A stretch of DNA of 55,037 nucleotides from an uncultured Gammaproteobacteria bacterium (lineage in GTDB: Bacteria; Patescibacteriota; Patescibacteriia; UBA11705; JABHMO01). The notes beneath the pieces were generated by a model. The model had not been told where the DNA came from and did not search any database. It saw nothing but the letters and a program-made list of their open reading frames with translations. The stretch lies in NCBI GenBank assembly GCA_964584985.1, contig CAZPBK010000006.1, positions 1 to 55,037 of the forward strand, given 5' to 3'. The position numbers and the translations under genes were made by a program. Positions within the stretch are counted from its first letter, which is position 1, and each line of letters opens with the position of its first letter. This document shows, in pieces, positions 43,201 through 48,892 of this stretch.

Positions 43201-45414
43201 AAGAGTAGTTTGGATTTTACTGAGTTTGTTGATTTCGAACCAGTATGCGATAAAATATCACAGATAATGGTTGAACCGAAAAAGACTTTTGTTAGATTAA
43301 ATGTTTGTGCTGTTTTAGGATTTGAAAAATTTAATAACTTTTCTACATTAAAGATAGGTAAGCTTGATGAATCAGCCGGACTCGTTGCTTTTCGTGTGGA
43401 AAACCCGGTTAATTATTTTATTTTGTCGGAAGGTCAAACAGCCAGAGTTGATCTTAACGGAGATAAAATAAATGATTTGAGCTTTTATCTTGATGAAATT
43501 ATTAACGAGCAAGAAGTTGATTTGGTGATAAGTTCAACTGAGGCGGATGATGAATTTGAACCGGAGCCGTTAATAGATATCTTTGATATTGAGGAGGATG
43601 TTATTTGCGGGGACGGGGTTTGCAGTGAAGGAGAGACTTGTGAAAACTGTCCGAACGATTGCGGGGAATGCGAACCTGAATATTTTTGTGGGGACGGTGT
43701 TTGTTCCGTTGAGGAGAGCTGTGAAACTTGTTCGGAGGATTGCGGAGTCTGTGAACCGGAAGTTGTTTGTGGAGATGGAATTTGCAGTCAAAGTGAAAAC
43801 TGTGAAACTTGTTCGGCGGATTGTGGTGTTTGTGAACCCGAGGAAGAAGAACAGCCGGAGGAAACCGAAGAGGAAGAAGAAACTGAAGAAGAAGCCGAAG
43901 AGGAAACTGAAGAAGAAGCCGGAGAAGAACAGCCGGAAGAAGGAGCTGAAGCCGAGCGGGGAGAAGAGTCTGAAGCCGGTCCGGGCGGACAAACTGATGA
44001 AGAAAAGTTAGACGAAATAAATGAAAAAGATGAATGGGAAAAAACCGATGAGGAAAGAGCTTTTGAAGTTGAGCAAGAAACCAAGAATGTGGTTGAATCT
44101 GCGACCGTGCAAAAATCAGCTAAAGCTGTAGCTGATTTTATGGCCAATCTTACCAAAGGGGATTCGGAAAAAATAAAGCAATCAATATTAAATACGGTAG
44201 AAACCACGGTCAGAACCACTAAAAAAGTACAAAAAGCAACAATTGATAATCCTACGGTGGAAAAAGTCAATGATGTGGCCAAAGAGCCGGCCGTGGCTGC
44301 CGTAACAGCCACTTCCGTAGCCTCGGTGGCTACGGTTGGCGCCACCGGCGCGGCCGGCGCCAGTGCTTTAACTTATTTGCAGTTCTTGATTACGCAACCG
44401 TTTGTTTTATTGGCCAGAAGACGCAGAAGAGGCTGGGGAGTGGTTTATGATTCGGTCACTAAGCAACCGATTGATTTAGCTGTGATTAGAATATATGATG
44501 TGAAAAATAACCGTTTAGTCGGAACTAGAGTTACCGACAAACAAGGTCGATATGAATTTATTCGCGAGCCGGGTAGATATTATGTGGAAGTGGAAAAGAA
44601 AAAATACAAATTCCCATCCAACATTTTGCAAGGTAAAAATGAAGATGGTAAATTTAGAGGATTGTATTTTGGCGGAGAATTTGATTTAAGTGAAAAAAGC
44701 GTAGTAGCCAAAAATATTCCAATGGATCCGCATCAATTAACTGAAAAAAATGCTAAGGTGTTGAGAGTAAATCTTGTTAGAAAAGGACAAACCGCATTAA
44801 CGGTTATTGGTCCGGGATTGGCTTTAGTTTCTTTTGTTATAAATCCGGGTTGGTTGGTCGGTTCGGTGGTCGGGTTGCAATTGGCTTTGTATTTTATGTT
44901 TAAACGTTTGGCCATAGGCAAAAAACCAAAGGGCTGGGGAAGAGTTATTAATAGTGAAAATAAAGCCGGTGTACCAAAAGCCATTGTCAGGGTTTTTGAT
45001 ACCAAGTTTAATAAATTATTGGATAGCAAAATAACAGATACTCAAGGAAGATATGCTTTTTTGGTGGGGGATCAGGAATATTATATGACTGCGGAAAAGC
45101 CGGGATTTTATAAGAAGCGAACCGAAAGGTTTGATTTATCCAAAAAAGAAGAAGACTATTTGGCGGAAGATATTTATGTCAGACCGTTGGATTTGGGCGA
45201 AGAGTATGTGGAATCGCAAGAAGAAGAAAAACATACCACAATTCGTGCTGATGTGGGAAGACAAAAAGAAAAAATTGAGCAAAATATGCAAAGAGTAACC
45301 AGGCCGGAAGACCAAAAATTAAGTCGCGAATTACCCGAAGTGGATATGGAAGACATGCATGAGGATTATTACAGTGTTGATGTTTTGGATAAAAGAAAAA
45401 ACAAATATGAATAA
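37276..45414 (+). CDS. giant (2712 aa) polytopic surface protein: beta-propeller-like repeats, 7 FG-GAP/VCBS-like repeats, FN3 array, TM hairpin, DUF11-like domain, Cys-rich repeats, poly-Glu region, and a C-terminal membrane module with two carboxypeptidase-regulatory-like domains
   Basis: One uninterrupted ORF with an N-terminal TM/signal segment. Seven DxDGDxDxD(V/L) motifs, several FN3-like units ending ..Y.F.V.A.N, three CGDGxCS..E.CE.C..DCG.CEPE repeats, and GWG(V/R)V...TD.QGRY.F repeated twice. Confidence 0.9.
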   Translation: MLRRLKKNWNRLKTLSVFWPGLFLVVGVCLLLFFDAKAFTWTTNSINDSYSVGYSNNRSISTYVVDSDHQYYAYVNGSWDALRYAYNNNGSWTYASGGDGLLRGSMPAGDVDDRNGTDIALDGSTPVISFSSTTDGVYVARQDTNYNRSADDSGWSFEEVYTGAHVIESNLEIDSIGVPHLAFYNSDDSEIIYAHEDEGINDPDCGTLGDWQCEVVAGTGITGVMPRMILRSSDDMPVVVFADVGNNEVIMAVRNGGGSGTCPDNNEWNCYTVYDSVYTSERYTRMGLAENSNGQFGVVFPSSTEKLDYAIHDAGDYSSWTVTNVEDSGGWFGADLTYNGTTPMFASYHDHTSSTPYDLVFYSYDGATWQTETIDDTSNNCFDFDLENDGSFTLAAFGHDDGSSDLYPYYSTATVTYNSLPTISSSGSPEQHSMDFLSSTHVYYYWTPTEANIGKVIWRNWVADGDNDGVMLKFEYSDDGGANWYDPYIDSILYTNADLDNSQTYQVGTNTKIDIAGGEDSVMIYWDPKSANNEKPIDDVENSNVMLRVTPHDGTSAGSASATGAFSVDTLDPSGLGSFSADTVNSTSVDFSWDTVTENNFHNYEIWVGRDQTNVQNRTNSSSWSYSQLGVSHNGGTHMEDFEHLDFDMDGDEDVIAFSEEIGSSYDLNWYENDGTASFSQHTIIEGTTEDVYNDLVFQVVDFDGDEDYDLLTYYTKNSTGYSYFSWYENSGDNLTFTENFIREEIVPAPEDMVAYDFNSDGYLDVVTSDAFEMSLYLNSGDNSSFTKETVIENSDLILDLKVGDVDGDSDIDVVGVTGSGDDKIYLYKNSGDNSSFTRSEIGSGYNKVELEDIDQDGDLDVFGGIETNRLWFNDGGGNFTELDSWEMSSPSLGYCYELVDLDEDGDLDIVGIYNNSDVQWFENRDGDFFVEHDIKTGVVDNIEGVVVADFDMFGMDDKLEVINVNRSEDSQAFFISSYSTPKAREWTAMEDGDLETIGTGTTTLTGLQTNQDYYFKIWGVDIFNNYTTVADITAHTPASVPGQPEVSAESNSSLRLTIDPNNNSSSVVYKAHETGTGDYVEVVGGDYVLGSAFPMNYYAVGVDDWGGPSGREITGLSTNTEYTFEIIGIDDNSTETVASASASAYTMANIPGTPTVTAEGTDTLGVAIDPNSNPSNTEYKIRETTTGNHVGVPIGPIIYFMLQPGEYWHDYSYWGSSSGQTVDDLSTNTQYTFEVTARNGDNVETSASGTASKYTLQGAPTGISAVEHTDSIDLTFSGSFANLSSGSSGLYIENTTTGLSSPWMDTTSVSDTSATTANTKYSYLLKSRNGDGVECASTATDDFYTLQNTPTGVSASEISSTEIIITATGTLPNLTSGSSGLYFENVTKGTNSGWIQTNSWTSSSLDADTDYTFRVKARNQQGVETAFSPISTITTEPARRHVPGDSGEDDGDDDEEDSGDEPEEDEPGEFEPAPLITPQMSDPVVLSDNSIKWVFSETSASETGYKLWNNEDDLIIDIEESDLSYIVEEDLSPNTQYQRKVSCYNESDTSGISDLASAYTLAAQPQINKVEILTEDSVGLEINTAGNPEDTKYAVYEALSGGWLNDQNELTGSKSFYSFNDLVNEDSQVLVKGLEIGTEYSFQILAKSKSQVETDFSEAFNILMTPPHYPYITVEKKVGINISKPVASGFHISKAALASDGGFIKSLPVYNKILNKYLFVVFAVLFVLALFIIFNSISKETWKKFRHLPSLIFTDVRAKKTEQKYEELHGREKPKKGIKFKVHKHFYRLRGVAFLSFLLGVAAKAGIIIVTLFLVYGRVSVLAIDDQNGESVSQGDMLTYQIIVSNLGKSRANDVLLTDPLPDEVEYVSGSAKVDGQKVTDVSDEDGWTFISGLGMLEKDKLLKDENIVLSFKATVVSGSGASVENIATVGYKESEERVYSNAAINPIVGGRACSDGLDNDNDGLIDYPNDFGCKSSLDFTEFVDFEPVCDKISQIMVEPKKTFVRLNVCAVLGFEKFNNFSTLKIGKLDESAGLVAFRVENPVNYFILSEGQTARVDLNGDKINDLSFYLDEIINEQEVDLVISSTEADDEFEPEPLIDIFDIEEDVICGDGVCSEGETCENCPNDCGECEPEYFCGDGVCSVEESCETCSEDCGVCEPEVVCGDGICSQSENCETCSADCGVCEPEEEEQPEETEEEEETEEEAEEETEEEAGEEQPEEGAEAERGEESEAGPGGQTDEEKLDEINEKDEWEKTDEERAFEVEQETKNVVESATVQKSAKAVADFMANLTKGDSEKIKQSILNTVETTVRTTKKVQKATIDNPTVEKVNDVAKEPAVAAVTATSVASVATVGATGAAGASALTYLQFLITQPFVLLARRRRRGWGVVYDSVTKQPIDLAVIRIYDVKNNRLVGTRVTDKQGRYEFIREPGRYYVEVEKKKYKFPSNILQGKNEDGKFRGLYFGGEFDLSEKSVVAKNIPMDPHQLTEKNAKVLRVNLVRKGQTALTVIGPGLALVSFVINPGWLVGSVVGLQLALYFMFKRLAIGKKPKGWGRVINSENKAGVPKAIVRVFDTKFNKLLDSKITDTQGRYAFLVGDQEYYMTAEKPGFYKKRTERFDLSKKEEDYLAEDIYVRPLDLGEEYVESQEEEKHTTIRADVGRQKEKIEQNMQRVTRPEDQKLSRELPEVDMEDMHEDYYSVDVLDKRKNKYE
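39211..40170 (+). other. FG-GAP/VCBS-like repeat region of the giant protein (predicted 7-blade propeller)
   Basis: Motifs DFDMDGDEDVIAF, DFDGDEDYDLL, DFNSDGYLDVV, GDVDGDSDIDVVG, DIDQDGDLDVFGG, DLDEDGDLDIVG and ADFDMFGMDDKLEV. Confidence 0.7.
43606..43848 (+). repeat. 3 x 81-bp in-frame repeats encoding a 27-aa six-Cys module
   Basis: CGDGVCSEGETCENCPNDCGECEPEYF / CGDGVCSVEESCETCSEDCGVCEPEVV / CGDGICSQSENCETCSADCGVCEPEEE. Confidence 0.9.
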
Positions 45415-45529
45415 ACACCCCAAACATCACACTGCCTTTTTGGTAATTAGTCTGCTGGCAATATTTTTGGTGGTTGGAATTTGGTTGTTGGTTCAAATGT
45501 TTAAATACAATATTACTTTTGCCGGGTAG
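45407..45529 (+). CDS. candidate 40-aa single-TM micro-protein overlapping the giant gene stop
   Basis: The ATG is embedded in ...TATGAATAA. Encodes MNKHPKHHTAFLVISLLAIFLVVGIWLLVQMFKYNITFAG. Below the ORF-track size cut-off. Confidence 0.35.
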   Translation: MNKHPKHHTAFLVISLLAIFLVVGIWLLVQMFKYNITFAG

Positions 45530-45539
45530 CTTTAATATT

Positions 45540-45770
45540 ATGGATTTTTTTGATTATAAAAAAATTTTAGCTTTAGTGATTTTGGCGATTCTTGTATGGA
45601 TCGGAATAGTTTTGTACCGAGTGGGCAGGGAAGGATTGATTAAAAGGGTTGATTTTTGGAAATCAAAATGGAAGATTGTCTTGTTTTGGATGATTGTGGC
45701 CGTTGTTGTTTTGATCGGCTGGTATTATTTGGATAAATTTGGAGTTTTGGACAAGTTTTTGCGAGAATAA
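45540..45770 (+). CDS. small two-TM membrane protein (76 aa)
   Basis: MDFFDYKKILALVILAILVWIGIVLY...IVLFWMIVAVVVLIGWYYL. The start at 45540 is preferred over the track start at 45474. Confidence 0.5.
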   Translation: MDFFDYKKILALVILAILVWIGIVLYRVGREGLIKRVDFWKSKWKIVLFWMIVAVVVLIGWYYLDKFGVLDKFLRE

Positions 45771-45790
45771 AAAGATTTTTAAAAACAAAA

Positions 45791-45817
45791 AAAACCGATT
45801 AATTCGGTTTTTTTATA
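45791..45817. terminator. bidirectional terminator
   Basis: AAAACCGA-TTAAT-TCGGTTTT with an A-run upstream and a T-run downstream. Confidence 0.65.
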
Positions 45818-45834
45818 ATATAGAAGGAAAAAAG

Positions 45835-45918
45835 TTATTTTGTTTTACCGCATTTTTTCCATTTTTTTATCTTTGGCAGTTTTACGCCAACACCTTTTTT
45901 CTTTGATTTTCTGGCCAT
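45835..45918 (-). CDS. candidate 27-aa highly basic micro-ORF
   Basis: Encodes MARKSKKKGVGVKLPKIKKWKKCGKTK between the tRNA-Asp trailer and a terminator. No SD. Not assignable to a known ribosomal protein by eye. Confidence 0.25.
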   Translation of the reverse strand: MARKSKKKGVGVKLPKIKKWKKCGKTK

Positions 45919-46006
45919 ATTTTTAAAAAACTAATTACTAATTATTGCAATATTTTACGACATTTTATCGTATTGTGGTTTTCCAAAAAACTAAATACAA
46001 ATTACT

Positions 46007-46040
46007 AACTACTGTAATATTTTGCACAAGCAAAATTTAC
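46007..46040 (-). repeat. conserved 3' trailer element (copy A) directly downstream of tRNA-Asp
   Basis: 30/34 identical to 47882-47915. Contains the hairpin AUUUUGC-UUGU-GCAAAAU. Confidence 0.8.
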
Positions 46041-46117
46041 TGGCGGACCGGACGGGACTCGAACCCGCGATCTCCTGCGTGACAGGCAGGTGTGTTAACC
46101 AACTACACCACCGGTCC
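46041..46117 (-). tRNA. tRNA-Asp (anticodon GUC), CCA encoded
   Basis: 77-nt cloverleaf: acceptor GGACCGG/CCGGUCC, D-stem GUGU/ACAC, anticodon stem CCUGC/GCAGG with loop CU-GUC-AC, T-arm GCGGG-UUCGAGU-CCCGU, discriminator G, then CCA. Confidence 0.95.
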
Positions 46118-46138
46118 GGATAAAAAACTTGTGTTAGA

Positions 46139-46167
46139 ATTATAAAGGATTTTTTTTGCTTAGTCAA
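46139..46167 (-). promoter_or_regulatory. consensus promoter of tRNA-Asp
   Basis: On the minus strand: TTGACT (rc of 46162-46167), 17 nt spacer, TATAAT (rc of 46139-46144), about 20 nt upstream of the tRNA 5' end. Confidence 0.65.
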
Positions 46168-46244
46168 TACCAATCTTGACAATTTTTATCAACAATGTTA
46201 AAAATATAAAGTTCTTAATGGATATTTAATAAAAGGAGGGGATA

Positions 46245-46568
46245 ATGGGAAGATATACTAAGGATACTTCCGAAAATTTGTTTTGTTTTGTTAGGTCTGA
46301 ATTTCCGTTGGAAGATGAGCGTATTGTCAAAGAGCTGGTGAGGACTGCGATAAGGATGACCGTGGATGGGCTAAAGAATTGTTATGTAGATACTGATTTT
46401 ATGGTCGGAAATATTTATTTTACCGGCCAGGTTGCCCGAGTAAAGAACTTGACCGGACTGATTTTTGTAGCTGACATAAAGACCGATCAAGGACAAGTCA
46501 GGGTGGAATATCTGATTGCGCCGGACAGATCTCAGGTTTACAATTTCTCACCGGGTTTTCTTAACTAG
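46245..46568 (+). CDS. hypothetical protein (107 aa)
   Basis: AAAGGAGGGG SD upstream, TTGACA at 46176, and a terminator at 46586. No recognisable motif. Confidence 0.55.
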   Translation: MGRYTKDTSENLFCFVRSEFPLEDERIVKELVRTAIRMTVDGLKNCYVDTDFMVGNIYFTGQVARVKNLTGLIFVADIKTDQGQVRVEYLIAPDRSQVYNFSPGFLN

Positions 46569-46585
46569 TTTTTTTGCATTCATCA

Positions 46586-46619
46586 AGAGCACCAGCCACA
46601 GCTGTTGCTCTTTTTTTTA
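46586..46619 (+). terminator. intrinsic terminator
   Basis: AGAGCA..CAGC / GCTG..TGCTCT stem followed by T8. Confidence 0.7.
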
Positions 46620-46627
46620 TTAAAAAA

Positions 46628-46652
46628 GACCGCTGTTAAAAGCGGCTTTTTT
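46628..46652. terminator. bidirectional terminator (serves rplT on the minus strand)
   Basis: CCGCT-GTTAAA-AGCGG with an A6 run upstream and a T6 run downstream. Confidence 0.6.
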
Positions 46653-46670
46653 GTTTTATGGCAAGTAGGT

Positions 46671-47018
46671 TTATTTTTTTACTTTTTCCACTATTTTGGC
46701 AAATATCGCAGTGTTGTTTTCCGCCAGATCAGCTAAAACTTTTCTGTCCAATTCCACCTTGTTTTTTTTCAAAAGATTGATGAATTTACTATAACTCAAG
46801 CCAAAGACCCTGACAGCGGCATTTAATTTTGTTTGCCATAATCTGCGTTTTTGTCTTTTTTTGTCGCGACGGTCGCGGTAAGCGTAACTGCCGGCTTTTA
46901 AAATAGCCACTTTGGCCAACTTGATCAATTTTTTTCTTCCGTGTCGATAGCCTTTGGTGGATTTTAATATTTTTTTCCTTGACTTATTATGAATGGTACC
47001 TCTTTTTATTCTGGGCAT
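46671..47018 (-). CDS. rplT: 50S ribosomal protein L20
   Basis: [30 protein letters not shown] matches L20. Confidence 0.96.
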   Translation of the reverse strand: MPRIKRGTIHNKSRKKILKSTKGYRHGRKKLIKLAKVAILKAGSYAYRDRRDKKRQKRRLWQTKLNAAVRVFGLSYSKFINLLKKNKVELDRKVLADLAENNTAIFAKIVEKVKK

Positions 47019-47048
47019 ATTTTTATTTTAAAATTAAAATAAAGTTTA

Positions 47049-47249
47049 TTAGTTATGAGATAGGGCGTTTTTTATTGTTTTACCGACCTCTTTATTGTCA
47101 AAAGTCTGCGGACGCCTTTTATTTCTGGTGACTTTGCCGGTTTCTCTGGCATTAAAATGATCTTGTCCGGCTTTTTTCTTGATCAGTTTGCCTGTTTTGG
47201 TCAGGCGAATTCTTTTCTTGATTGCTTTATTGGTTTTTGTCTTTCCCAT
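47049..47249 (-). CDS. rpmI: 50S ribosomal protein L35
   Basis: 66-aa basic protein with MGKTKTNKAIKKRIRLTKTGKLIKKKAGQDHF. Lies in the infC-rpmI-rplT order. Confidence 0.93.
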   Translation of the reverse strand: MGKTKTNKAIKKRIRLTKTGKLIKKKAGQDHFNARETGKVTRNKRRPQTFDNKEVGKTIKNALSHN

Positions 47250-47253
47250 AGAA

Positions 47254-47802
47254 TTAGTTATTTTCTGGAATTAATATAATAAATAATTTATTGCCTTGTT
47301 TGGTAATGTCTTGTTCTACCTCGGTTGGTGTTTCAAGAGAATGGACAAAATCACGCAAATGTTCCTTGGCCAAGTCGCGATGTTTCATTTCTCGGCCTCT
47401 TAAAATCAATTCAACTTTTATTTTATGTCCTTTACTTAAAAATTTATCAGCTTGTTTCAGCTTTGTGGCTTTATCGTGTTCACTGATTTTCATTGACAGT
47501 CGGATGCTTTTTACCTCTTTGGTTTTATTTTGCATTTTCTGTTTTTTCAGCTGTTTTTCTTTTTGATATTTGAAACTTCCATAATCCATTATTTTACAGA
47601 CCGGGGGCTTGGCTATCGGAGAGACTTCCACTAGATCCAATCCGGCCTCTCTGGCTTTTTCCAGGGCTTCTTCAGTGGGCAGTTTTCCCAGTTTTTCACC
47701 TTCGTCGGAAATAACCAAAACTTCCGGAGCGTTTATCCGATCGTTATAACGAAATTTTTTTTCTTGTTTTACCTTTTTTTTGAATTTGTAGGATTTTCTC
47801 AT
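47254..47802 (-). CDS. infC: translation initiation factor IF-3
   Basis: RINAPEVLVISDEGEKLG, DLVEVSP.AKPPVCKIMDYGSFKY, and a C-terminal domain with IRLSMKISEHD. Confidence 0.94.
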   Translation of the reverse strand: MRKSYKFKKKVKQEKKFRYNDRINAPEVLVISDEGEKLGKLPTEEALEKAREAGLDLVEVSPIAKPPVCKIMDYGSFKYQKEKQLKKQKMQNKTKEVKSIRLSMKISEHDKATKLKQADKFLSKGHKIKVELILRGREMKHRDLAKEHLRDFVHSLETPTEVEQDITKQGNKLFIILIPENN

Positions 47803-47881
47803 GACAAAACGTTCTTTAGTAATTAATAAATTTTATTTTAATTTTTGAAAATCGGTTTTATCTTTCAAAGCGTTAAGTATA

Positions 47882-47915
47882 AACTACTGTAATATTTTGT
47901 ATAAGCAAAATTTGT
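47882..47915 (-). repeat. conserved 3' trailer element (copy B) directly downstream of tmRNA
   Basis: 30/34 identical to 46007-46040. The stem is kept as AUUUUG...CAAAAU. Confidence 0.8.
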
Positions 47916-48305
47916 TGGTGGAGATGGCGGGAGTTGAACCCGCGTCCGGAAAACATTATTAACCGCTTCTACAGACTTAGTTTACCTTATGTTTTTCAAA
48001 GTTTCAACCTCAAAGGTAAACGAAAAAGTTGAACTTTTAGCCTTATGGATTTTTTCAGTTGCAAAACAAGGCGATTTTGCAACCTAACCCGCTGATTGAC
48101 ACCGGATTTTGCTTAGCGGGCGTTAGCAAGCCGATGGTTTCCGATTTTAGTTAAGCGGAAACAGGAACAAGGCAAGGCATTGTTGCCAATGACTTTACCT
48201 TGCAGGCAATTTTGTTTGCACTTATAGAGTTTGGCGCTTTTAATGAGATTCGCCGACTCAGCCTGCGAAGTTAATGATAATTTCCCGTCAAAGTCCGTCA
48301 TCCCC
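47916..48305 (-). ncRNA. ssrA: transfer-messenger RNA (SsrA)
   Basis: 5' GGGGAUGACGGACUUUGACGGG and 3' GGACGCGGGUUCAACUCCCGCCAUCUCCACCA form the tRNA-like domain. Candidate tag ORF at 48219-48151. Lies 5 nt downstream of smpB. Confidence 0.93.
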
Positions 48306-48310
48306 GGAAC

Positions 48311-48772
48311 TTAATGGTTTTGATATTTTAAGGTTCTTTTTATTTGTTTTTCAATATCTTTGGTTTTTTTGTCTTGTTTTTTTTGGTAAAGCTTTTTACC
48401 TCTGGCCAAACCTATTTCCAATTTTACCAGATTGCCTGCAGTATACACCCGAATGGGGATGATTGTCAAGCCTTTTTGCTCTAATTTTCCAATCAAAGAT
48501 TTTAATTCTTCTTTTGTTATCAGCAGTTTTCTGGGTCTTTCCGGCTCATAATCAGGCATATTCCCACTGTGTTTATATTGGGAAATATGGGCTTTCATCA
48601 GGTATAATTCGGGTTTTGGTGCTCTTTTTATGGTAATATAAGCGCCTTTTAAACTGATTTGTCCGTTTTTTATCGCTTTTACTTCCGGTCCGCGCAACAC
48701 TAAACCAACCCGGTATTTTTCCAGTATCTCATAGCTGTGGCTGGCTTGTTTGTTGACGACTATATTTTTCAT
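48311..48772 (-). CDS. smpB: SsrA-binding protein
   Basis: NKQASHSYEILEKYRVGLVLRGPEVKAIK matches SmpB, with a basic C-terminal tail. Start set at 48772. Confidence 0.94.
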   Translation of the reverse strand: MKNIVVNKQASHSYEILEKYRVGLVLRGPEVKAIKNGQISLKGAYITIKRAPKPELYLMKAHISQYKHSGNMPDYEPERPRKLLITKEELKSLIGKLEQKGLTIIPIRVYTAGNLVKLEIGLARGKKLYQKKQDKKTKDIEKQIKRTLKYQNH

Positions 48773-48892
48773 ATATGGGCATTGTACTATCATTTGAGCT
48801 TATTTTCAATGCCTCGGATTTTTTGTTGTCTAAATGCTTATATTGTTGTATAATGTCAAGGAATAAAATTAAGTATTAGCTTCAACTATTAT

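Noticed and set aside
46041-48305. The repeated 34-nt sequence next to tRNA-Asp and tmRNA as attL/attR of an integrated element.
   Set aside because: The interval between the copies contains core genes (infC-rpmI-rplT) and no integrase. The repeat lies outside the RNA genes rather than duplicating their 3' ends. A shared trailer or terminator is the simpler reading.
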